Under the pieces are notes generated by a model. It was not told the DNA's origin and ran no database searches. It saw only the letters and a program-made list of their open reading frames with translations. This document shows, in pieces, positions 7,628 through 13,272 of a stretch of DNA of 13,272 nt (the first letter of the stretch is position 1; the number at the start of each line of letters is the position of its first letter). The position numbers were made by a program, and so were the translations under genes. This DNA comes from a virus: the IMG/VR virus record IMGVR_UViG_3300029518_000026, positions 1-13,272 of that record; one strand, given 5' to 3'.

Positions 7628-7847
7628 CTTTGGTCGCCTCCATTACAACGTATGTGTCATGTGTCAGGCATTTAATGACCTGATCTTTATCGCCTTTGGA
7701 GAGAGGACCCACCGCGCAACACTGCCGCGTGTGGGCGACGTCTGCCCAGTCGCTATAGTAGCCGATGCTCAAACGAGTGCAAAGGTCAGCCAGCAGAAAA
7801 GCACGCTCGTTTGTGATCGACTGGGCAAAAATGATATAACAACCCAT
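7614..7847 (-). CDS. Hypothetical 77-aa protein (Cys/His-containing), second gene of the late operon
   Basis: The ORF fills the whole gap between neighbouring genes on the coding strand. GAAGGAAAG lies upstream of the ATG. The 3' end overlaps the scaffold start by 14 nt. No recognisable motif. Confidence 0.5.
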   Translation of the reverse strand: MGCYIIFAQSITNERAFLLADLCTRLSIGYYSDWADVAHTRQCCAVGPLSKGDKDQVIKCLTHDTYVVMEATKVENQ

Positions 7848-7849
7848 AG

Positions 7850-8008
7850 TTAGCTTTCCTTCTTGATGTCGTCCAGGGCGAGCCGCATCTCGGTAATAGC
7901 CGCAGTGTTCTCCTTGACAACGGTATTACACTGATACCACATCAGCAAAAAAGCGGCGATAGGAAACCCCACGTTAGAAATAGCTTGAATCACAGTATTA
8001 GCATCCAT
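7850..8008 (-). CDS. Small membrane protein, YvrJ-like (holin-like candidate); not in the supplied ORF track
   Basis: Hand translation gives MDANTVIQAISNVGFPIAAFLLMWYQCNTVVKENTAAITEMRLALDDIKKES (52 aa). SD GGAGGTG lies 5 nt upstream of the ATG at 8008, and the stop TAA is at 7850-7852. The N-V-G-F-P-I plus hydrophobic stretch resembles the YvrJ family motif as I recall it. Confidence 0.6.
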   Translation of the reverse strand: MDANTVIQAISNVGFPIAAFLLMWYQCNTVVKENTAAITEMRLALDDIKKES

Positions 8009-8042
8009 TTGAGCACCTCCATATTAAATATAAATACAAGTA

Positions 8043-8112
8043 AATCCCAGGTTCTTGCGCTGGCTGACGCTTGCCCGCCCCTTCTGGGGGCTGCCTGTGG
8101 GCACCTGGGATT
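8043..8112 (-). ncRNA. Candidate structured RNA element (70 nt, multi-branch, closed by a 10-bp helix) in the ATPase/late-operon intergenic region
   Basis: 8043-8052 (aatcccaggt) pairs perfectly with 8103-8112 (acctgggatt). The 50-nt GC-rich interior can form several short hairpins, e.g. GCCCC-CAGAA-GGGGC. On the minus strand it is followed by the U-rich UUUACUUGUAUUUAUAUUU. Function is unknown. Confidence 0.3.
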
Positions 8113-8118
8113 AACTTT

Positions 8119-8147
8119 AATATATATCACCCGTATAAAAAAGTCAA
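8119..8147 (-). promoter_or_regulatory. Candidate sigma-A/sigma-70-type promoter for the late operon
   Basis: On the minus strand: TTGACT (8147-8142, overlapping the ATPase stop), a 17-nt spacer, then TATATT (8124-8119). The predicted transcription start falls at about the first base of the 8043-8112 helix. Confidence 0.4.
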
Positions 8148-9205
8148 GTACCGCAATACTCACGAAAGAAAATTTCATCCGAATAACGCTCAAATTCAAT
8201 CTGACGCTGTAAGTACGCGGGCCAGATATACCCATACGCGGCCCTAAATCGTTTCCGCTCATAATCGCCGGTGCCGTATGTGGGCATCTCGCCAGACCGA
8301 TGCCGACACACATAGTAGAGGGGTTTACTCTTATGCTCATAGATGCAGCACCGCCCAATTTGAACAAGGGGGTAGTATTCCCGGAGGGGCCGAGATACAA
8401 CAAGACTTTTCTCCTCGGCGCTGTACTGGTTTTCAATAGCGGACCTGTAAAAATCTGTACCGGTCATGGACCTATAGAGGGCCGTATTGGCTTTCTCTTT
8501 GGCAATAGGGCTGTCCACTAGATCAATCAAAAGAATCCCTTTATCGGCCAACAGCTTGACGCGCTCTTTTTTGCCGATCATCTTCTCGACGGTATCGGTG
8601 ATCTCCCATTGCATATAATAGGGGTTGGCCATGCCCACCGCGTTCGACATACACAACAGCGTCAAGGGCTTTTGCCCTTGTAGTTCTCGGTTACGGTTGA
8701 CTGTCTCATAAATATTAGCGAGGCCCACGCCCTCACCGCGACGATAGTAGTCGGTCTCTTCTTTCTGGTATTCGTCCAAAATAATTATATTGGTGTGAGG
8801 ACTTGAAAAACCACGGGTTCGGGCCAAGGTGACGACACTTCCCACGACGCCCGACATCTTGGCCGGTTTTATGGGAGAACCTGTATCAGTGAAGGCCCCC
8901 GCGTTACCCACTTCATACAAGCCCGCTATTTTCGGCAGTTTAAATGGGGCATAATGTGTTTGCAAATCATCATTCAACGGAGACCACGGCCACATACTGG
9001 GCGATGCGCAAATAAGTTCCGCCTGCTGCGGCGTGCGGCGCAGATATAGAAATTCTTCTTCGGTCTGATGCACGTGCTTCAATGCTCCATAAGTCTTGCC
9101 GGTACCACGTCCACCCCATATAAAAATAATAGGTGCTCCCGTTGACAAAATGCCATCCTTTTCGGAAAAATTCGGCCATCCTTCGTCAGTGTATAGTTTA
9201 ATCAT
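8144..9205 (-). CDS. DNA encapsidation (packaging) ATPase, phi29 gp16-like
   Basis: 353 aa. Walker A is GGRGTGKT and Walker B is IIILDEY. FIWGGRGTGKTYG...EEFLYLRR and LLCMSNAVGMANPYY parallel phi29 gp16 VIGARGIGKSYA...EQFIYVRR and CICLSNAVSVVNPYF (from memory). The TGATG start/stop overlap with the polymerase gene and GGAGG 7 nt upstream support the start. Confidence 0.9.
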   Translation of the reverse strand: MIKLYTDEGWPNFSEKDGILSTGAPIIFIWGGRGTGKTYGALKHVHQTEEEFLYLRRTPQQAELICASPSMWPWSPLNDDLQTHYAPFKLPKIAGLYEVGNAGAFTDTGSPIKPAKMSGVVGSVVTLARTRGFSSPHTNIIILDEYQKEETDYYRRGEGVGLANIYETVNRNRELQGQKPLTLLCMSNAVGMANPYYMQWEITDTVEKMIGKKERVKLLADKGILLIDLVDSPIAKEKANTALYRSMTGTDFYRSAIENQYSAEEKSLVVSRPLREYYPLVQIGRCCIYEHKSKPLYYVCRHRSGEMPTYGTGDYERKRFRAAYGYIWPAYLQRQIEFERYSDEIFFREYCGT

Positions 9206-11295
9206 CAGACAACCTCCATAATCTTGTACCCTAATATCTTTGCGTATTCGTCGGTAATTCCCAATGTGTACGTATTATCACAAATACACAGGTTTCTTGT
9301 TATATGTACCGTATGCCCGTCAACCACAAAATCGGGCACATTGGGCCGGTCATTATAAATAACCTGATTTCCGGCGGCAAGACAGAACGTAAAGCCGGGC
9401 TTGAATACCTCAAAACCACCCCACAGGGCAAGCTCCAAACCGCCTTTCCGCTTGCTAACTCCCGCTATTGTAGTAGTGATCGGCCCGCCTTTTTTATAGG
9501 TAGTCGCGTATTTCTTAGCGCCCCACGTCATAAACTCCGCGTAGCTGCGCTCTTGCTCGTATACACCCATATAATGAATATTGCCTTTTGGGTCTGTAGC
9601 GCAAGCACCGTTGTCTTTCGCAAGCTGTGTCACAGATTTGTTAAACTCCACTAAATCAATATTACCCATGTACTTGACGCTGTCAGTGTCGCAGTACACA
9701 CCATTCTTGCCCGCGGCCCATTGCGCTATTTTTAGGCGCTTGCGGGTGTGAGCCGTTGTCCATACGCCCCATTGATAGGGCAAAAACAAATGGGGGTTGT
9801 GGTCGTTATAACTGCCCTCTGGGTCGTCGGTGCACTCGCTCCAAAGATTGTCGGGGTCATCCTCGTCAAAAAGTGTGTCCAGCTGCAAGGGGTCTTGTGC
9901 GGTCATGCCGTAGTAGCTATTAAGATCGCCCTTGGCCTTGACATAATACAAATCTTGACCGGGAACACCTTTAAGGGATGTTTTGCCGGTGTAACTCTCT
10001 TTTACACAATCCGTCAAGGGCTTTGGCAGTTTGCCATAATCGGACGTGTACAGGTCCATAACGTTAAGAGCGTCCCAATCATACTCTTTGGCAATGATTC
10101 TAAAATCTATATCGGTTATGGTGATCTCCAACTGTTCAGCAGACAACAGACGGCCATTGTCGTTTATGTATCCTTCACAGTGCCGGACCTTTGCAAGGGG
10201 GATATATGGGAACCCCCACCACTTAAAGCGCTGGCGCAAACCTTTTACTTGCAAGCGCATCAAGCAAGCCTTGCCGTGCCTCATACACTGCATTAACCTC
10301 TCTACGGTGGCCGGTTCCTGCCTAAATGGTGTCATAGGAAAATAACATTCGCATTGAACGGCAGGATAGGCGCTCGACATATCCACGGAACCGACGTTTT
10401 CCAAATGGAGACCTACATAATACCGATTCGCATGGGTGTCACCGCCCCGGAACGCCTCCCGCAACATTTGGTATAGGTCCCACGACGGCAAAAGGCGCTT
10501 GACCCGTTTAATGCCCCATTTATACATTGCTTCGCGTGCCATTCGTCGGACGTATCCGGTGCGCGTTAGTGGTAGAGTATACAGATCGTCGCCGTCTCGG
10601 TTCATCTCGATTAACAGGCACTCCACAATACACCGAACATCGTTAATACAATACGCCAATTCTGTAGACGTTAAAGACGTCCATGGGTACCGAACTTTGG
10701 AATAATCAAGTGCCCCGGTCAATTTGGCATGCGGGGCACCCAGCTGTTTGCCCCATGCATCAAGGGACAAATTGCTGTGCCGCATACTGCATCGGTACTC
10801 AATAGCGCGATTGTCGCATTTTAAGACCCTACGGGGTTTGCTGGCGAACACATCACCCGGGCCAAAATCCAGAATACCCGACAAATATTGAAATTCATGT
10901 GCAAGATTGTGAACGTACATACACAGAAACCAGTCACCTTGAGGCCCGCTGCTCGCTTGCAAAAAGTCGCTGATTGCCCCCGTAAAGTTCAGCCACTCGT
11001 CCCACGTCCTACCAATAATGGTAATATCCAGACCGAGTTGACACTGCCAAATATACATTATGGTATGTGGATTGTCGTCCGCATCTACACATACTCGGCT
11101 AGTCTCAATATCAAACGCACACGGCATATTCACATATAAGCGCTTCTTGTTCGTTTTGCGTTTCTTGCCTTTTGTGTGTTTGCGGTCTAGATGCTCCATA
11201 AGCCACGGGACAGGGTTGTAATTACAAGCCTCCGCCGAAACCTCCGCGCAGGTCGGCGGAACTGCTGCCGTCGCTGTAGTCCCATTCTTTACCAT
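9205..11295 (-). CDS. Protein-primed family-B DNA polymerase
   Basis: Motifs, numbered on the 700-aa track ORF: Exo I FDIETS (aa 65-70), Exo III YCIND (219-223), motif A DMSSAYP (309-315), motif B KGDLNSYYG (459-467), motif C YCDTDS (538-543) and KKY (598-600). The start is uncertain. ATG at 11295 has GGTGAGG 6 nt upstream. GTG at 11307 and ATG at 11199 (no SD) are alternatives. Confidence 0.9.
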   Translation of the reverse strand: MVKNGTTATAAVPPTCAEVSAEACNYNPVPWLMEHLDRKHTKGKKRKTNKKRLYVNMPCAFDIETSRVCVDADDNPHTIMYIWQCQLGLDITIIGRTWDEWLNFTGAISDFLQASSGPQGDWFLCMYVHNLAHEFQYLSGILDFGPGDVFASKPRRVLKCDNRAIEYRCSMRHSNLSLDAWGKQLGAPHAKLTGALDYSKVRYPWTSLTSTELAYCINDVRCIVECLLIEMNRDGDDLYTLPLTRTGYVRRMAREAMYKWGIKRVKRLLPSWDLYQMLREAFRGGDTHANRYYVGLHLENVGSVDMSSAYPAVQCECYFPMTPFRQEPATVERLMQCMRHGKACLMRLQVKGLRQRFKWWGFPYIPLAKVRHCEGYINDNGRLLSAEQLEITITDIDFRIIAKEYDWDALNVMDLYTSDYGKLPKPLTDCVKESYTGKTSLKGVPGQDLYYVKAKGDLNSYYGMTAQDPLQLDTLFDEDDPDNLWSECTDDPEGSYNDHNPHLFLPYQWGVWTTAHTRKRLKIAQWAAGKNGVYCDTDSVKYMGNIDLVEFNKSVTQLAKDNGACATDPKGNIHYMGVYEQERSYAEFMTWGAKKYATTYKKGGPITTTIAGVSKRKGGLELALWGGFEVFKPGFTFCLAAGNQVIYNDRPNVPDFVVDGHTVHITRNLCICDNTYTLGITDEYAKILGYKIMEVV

Positions 11296-11821
11296 AGTTG
11301 ACCTCACCTTGCTGCCACTTTACAAAATCGTCAATACTGACATTGTAGCCGCCTTTCTCGCGCCAGTACATAACCGGCTGGTCGGACGGATAGTAGTATA
11401 CGCCCGATGCTTTTACGATCTCCCACCATTCCGACAAGGCCGTGTACTGATCCTCGGGCACGTCGGCTACATCAATACCGCTAACTTTCATTTTTTGCGT
11501 AAATTCTTCACGGGCACCGCCAACGGTGGAACCTTTAGAACGCACAAAACGCGCTACATCTGCGAGCGCCTGTTCCAATGCTTTACGGTCTCCGCGCATT
11601 GCCTTTAGGGTGGGAAAACCTCCGGCAAATTCTTTATAAACGTCGCTTGTGCCGCTGATGGGGTCCGCGGATAGGCGCTTAATACGCTTCTGCGCAATGT
11701 CGCGCAGTCGGGTGTATTCTTTGCGCATCTGATTGTCTGGCCACGATTCCAACGCATAGGGTGTATATAGCTCGGCACTGTATTTAAGGGTTGCACTTGC
11801 TTTAGCGGCGCCTACTGCCAT
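11222..11821 (-). CDS. Candidate terminal protein (replication primer)
   Basis: 199 aa, immediately upstream of and overlapping the polymerase gene, as in phi29 gene 3/gene 2. The N-terminal basic helix KEYTRLRDIAQKRIKRL is reminiscent of phi29 TP AEYARLVKNTKAKIART. The C-terminus is rich in Ser/Tyr. The genome has ITRs and a protein-primed polymerase, so a TP is required. Confidence 0.45.
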   Translation of the reverse strand: MAVGAAKASATLKYSAELYTPYALESWPDNQMRKEYTRLRDIAQKRIKRLSADPISGTSDVYKEFAGGFPTLKAMRGDRKALEQALADVARFVRSKGSTVGGAREEFTQKMKVSGIDVADVPEDQYTALSEWWEIVKASGVYYYPSDQPVMYWREKGGYNVSIDDFVKWQQGEVNYGKEWDYSDGSSSADLRGGFGGGL

Positions 11822-12032
11822 GCTTCTCGCGCTCCTTTCTATCTAAGATCATATAATACCAGTCCAGAGGGTCCGCTTCAATGCCCAATCCGTTGAAAAT
11901 GATTTTGGCCCATTCAGAGCGGAAAAACTTGACATCATTAGTTGTAACTCCACTATATACAATGGCCGTTGCGAGGTAGATCAAAGAATCGTCGCAGTTA
12001 AGCAAGGATACTCTGTTATCTTTCCTTTTCAT
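11802..12032 (-). CDS. Hypothetical 76-aa early protein with basic C-terminus
   Basis: The start was chosen at ATG 12032 because AGGAGG lies 4 nt upstream. The track's upstream start at 12077 lies inside the terminator hairpin and has no SD. The gene overlaps the next gene by 20 nt. No recognisable motif. Confidence 0.5.
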   Translation of the reverse strand: MKRKDNRVSLLNCDDSLIYLATAIVYSGVTTNDVKFFRSEWAKIIFNGLGIEADPLDWYYMILDRKEREKHGSRRR

Positions 12033-12042
12033 GGGGCCTCCT

Positions 12043-12077
12043 ATAATAAATATGGCCGCCGCATGTGCGGCGGCCAT
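12043..12077 (-). terminator. Intrinsic terminator/attenuator after the SSB-like gene
   Basis: 11-bp stem ATGGCCGCCGC/GCGGCGGCCAT (12067-12077 pairs with 12052-12062) with loop ACAT, followed on the minus strand by AUUUAUUAU. It begins 9 nt after the stop at 12086. Confidence 0.65.
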
Positions 12078-12085
12078 TGGCTAAA

Positions 12086-12523
12086 TCAAACCAGATTCAA
12101 AGACAAAACCTGGCCCTTTTTGGTGCTGATCAACACAGGTTTGATCAGCACAGGTTCCGTCCACGTATCAGGATTGCCGAGCAGCGTAAACATCCGCTTC
12201 AAAGACTGATAGACGCCCACGGAGACGCAGCTATAGGACTGCCCGTCCGCGGTAATGAGGACAATGCGGGGTGCAATCGTCTTCCCCTCGGGGACATCGT
12301 CCTTACTGACCTCCACGCACTCCACGGACACATGAACCAGCGACAGCACCTCATTGACGTGCTCCTTTAGCTTGTTGGCGGGGTTGCTCGTTGCATTGTA
12401 GAATGCAACTGCGGCAGAGCGGTCAGAGAGGTTCATATCGGTGTACCCAAGACCGGTATTCATCACATCGGACACCGTCATAGCTGCACCACTGTTTTCG
12501 GACTTCATCATTGCTTCGGACAT
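12086..12523 (-). CDS. Putative single-stranded DNA-binding protein (phage SSB-like)
   Basis: 145 aa with SD AGGAG 7 nt upstream. The C-terminal pattern RIVLITADGQSYSCVSVGVYQSLKRMFTLLGNPDTW..PVLIKPV..TKKGQVLSLNL resembles Firmicutes phage SSB family proteins as I recall them. It sits in the replication module and is followed by a terminator, consistent with high expression. Confidence 0.45.
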   Translation of the reverse strand: MSEAMMKSENSGAAMTVSDVMNTGLGYTDMNLSDRSAAVAFYNATSNPANKLKEHVNEVLSLVHVSVECVEVSKDDVPEGKTIAPRIVLITADGQSYSCVSVGVYQSLKRMFTLLGNPDTWTEPVLIKPVLISTKKGQVLSLNLV

Positions 12524-12561
12524 AATATAGCTCCTTTCATTATGTGCCCTGTCATTATCAA

Positions 12562-12601
12562 TACCGGGCGGGCAGTCCCGGTAGACGGCCCGGAGGCCGT
12601 T
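12562..12601 (-). other. Two adjacent GC-rich hairpins between early genes
   Basis: Hairpin A has a 7-bp stem (12562-12568 pairs with 12577-12583) and an 8-nt loop. Hairpin B has a 6-bp stem (12585-12590 pairs with 12595-12600) and loop cgga. Neither has a clean U-tract on the minus strand. Confidence 0.5.
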
Positions 12602-12606
12602 TCGAC

Positions 12607-12873
12607 TTAATTCTTGTTATATAAGGAGTACATAGCCTGTACCCCGTCACGCACATGGGCCGCACCCTGATACATAAGATCGGCTGACAAGCAAGTGCCT
12701 TTAAAACCCTCAAGGGTGTGTACTTGCTCGTCGCAATGGATGAGAGCTTGCTTATAACCGGCCAACCATGCCCGATTGTTTGCGGCTCGGATAGCGTCCT
12801 TCTGATCCTCGTACTCGCAGCACGTCAACGTGCCGTTGGGGTGAATTTCGATGATGAATTTACGCATTTCCAT
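12607..12873 (-). CDS. Hypothetical 88-aa early protein
   Basis: The start was moved to ATG 12873 (MEMRKFIIE...) because GGGAG lies 9 nt upstream. The upstream part of the track ORF overlaps a better-supported small ORF in another frame. No recognisable motif. Confidence 0.55.
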   Translation of the reverse strand: MEMRKFIIEIHPNGTLTCCEYEDQKDAIRAANNRAWLAGYKQALIHCDEQVHTLEGFKGTCLSADLMYQGAAHVRDGVQAMYSLYNKN

Positions 12874-12889
12874 TTGTGGAATCTCCCTT

Positions 12890-13036
12890 CTACCATCCAA
12901 ACATAATCTTTGCAAGACTGACAAGCACCTTAATACTGTCGATAATGTCATCTTCGGACAGTTGTTCCAAATTCTTACCATCAAGAGTAATGTTATCATC
13001 GGTTAAAGTGATTTTAATCATGACTTCTTTTTTCAT
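12890..13036 (-). CDS. Hypothetical 48-aa acidic early protein; not in the supplied ORF track
   Basis: Hand translation gives MKKEVMIKITLTDDNITLDGKNLEQLSEDDIIDSIKVLVSLAKIMFGW. SD AGGGGGG lies 6 nt upstream of the ATG at 13036, and the stop TAG is at 12890-12892. It is the first ORF downstream of the early promoters. Confidence 0.5.
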   Translation of the reverse strand: MKKEVMIKITLTDDNITLDGKNLEQLSEDDIIDSIKVLVSLAKIMFGW

Positions 13037-13072
13037 TGGAAACCCCCCTTTCTTGTTTCTTTCATTGTCTAT

Positions 13073-13118
13073 ATTATACCATACACTAAATTGTATATGT
13101 TGCTATTTACATTGTAAA
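13073..13118 (-). promoter_or_regulatory. Tandem early promoters just inside the right ITR
   Basis: On the minus strand, the first promoter reads TTTACA (13118-13113), a 17-nt spacer, then TACAAT (13095-13090). Downstream is an extended -10, TGgTATAAT (13081-13073). Both lie 35-80 nt upstream of the first ORF. Confidence 0.55.
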
Positions 13119-13127
13119 AATTGCTGT

Positions 13128-13272
13128 ACTCCCCTACCCTGCCGAGTGCAGAGGGAGGGATTTTCTTAATAGATATGTTAGCATTGACTAACTACTATAT
13201 ATTGTGTCTATTGACATTTTGCACAAAGATTTAGCCGTTGGGGAAGAAAATTTTGTGCAATCTGCTATTACG
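13128..13272. repeat. Right terminal inverted repeat (ITR), 145 bp
   Basis: Reverse complement of 1-145 (135/145 identical). Confidence 0.95.

Noticed and set aside
8043-8112. The cloverleaf-like fold could be a tRNA gene.
   Set aside because: The closing helix is 10 bp rather than 7. There is no T-loop (GTTCRA) or D-loop consensus, and no 7-nt anticodon loop on a 5-bp stem.
7990-8436. 148-aa minus-strand ORF spanning the intergenic region and the 3' end of the ATPase gene.
   Set aside because: It is out of frame with the well-supported ATPase gene, runs through the structured non-coding region, and has no SD.
12874-12999. N-terminal extension of the 130-aa track ORF (start at 12999), and similarly the 12033-12077 extension of the 91-aa ORF.
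   Set aside because: The upstream starts lack SD sites. They overlap either a better-supported small ORF or the terminator hairpin. Internal ATGs at 12873 and 12032 have GGGAG and AGGAGG sites at suitable spacing.
1-13272. The ITR-flanked element could be a transposon, casposon, polinton-like element or linear plasmid rather than a phage.
   Set aside because: No transposase or integrase is present. The element encodes a full capsid, portal, tail and packaging set homologous to phi29, so a virion-forming phage genome is the simplest reading.

Overview
The window appears to be a complete 13,272-bp linear genome of a miniature phi29-like, protein-primed podophage. It is bounded by imperfect 145-bp terminal inverted repeats (1-145 and 13128-13272, 10 mismatches). 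All 16 supportable genes lie on the minus strand, so the biological reading direction is 13272 to 1. In that direction the order is: right ITR; tandem early promoters; two small ORFans (one missing from the ORF track); an SSB-like gene followed by a strong hairpin terminator; a 76-aa ORFan; a candidate terminal protein; a family-B protein-primed DNA polymerase; a phi29 gp16-like packaging ATPase; a 135-nt structured intergenic region with a promoter-like site; a YvrJ-like 52-aa membrane ORF (also missing from the track); a 77-aa ORF; a proline-repeat scaffold protein; a phi29 gp8-like major capsid protein followed by a terminator; a gp9-like tail knob; an M23 peptidase; a gp10-like portal (upper collar); a putative lower collar; a beta-helix tailspike with nucleotide-perfect 54-nt tandem repeats; and a terminator embedded in the left ITR. 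Strong GGAGG-type Shine-Dalgarno sites and the YvrJ and M23 content suggest a Gram-positive (Firmicutes/Clostridia-like) host, which is inference only. The long plus-strand ORFs look like antisense shadows. Homology calls rest on my recollection of phi29 protein sequences and catalytic motifs, not on a database search.
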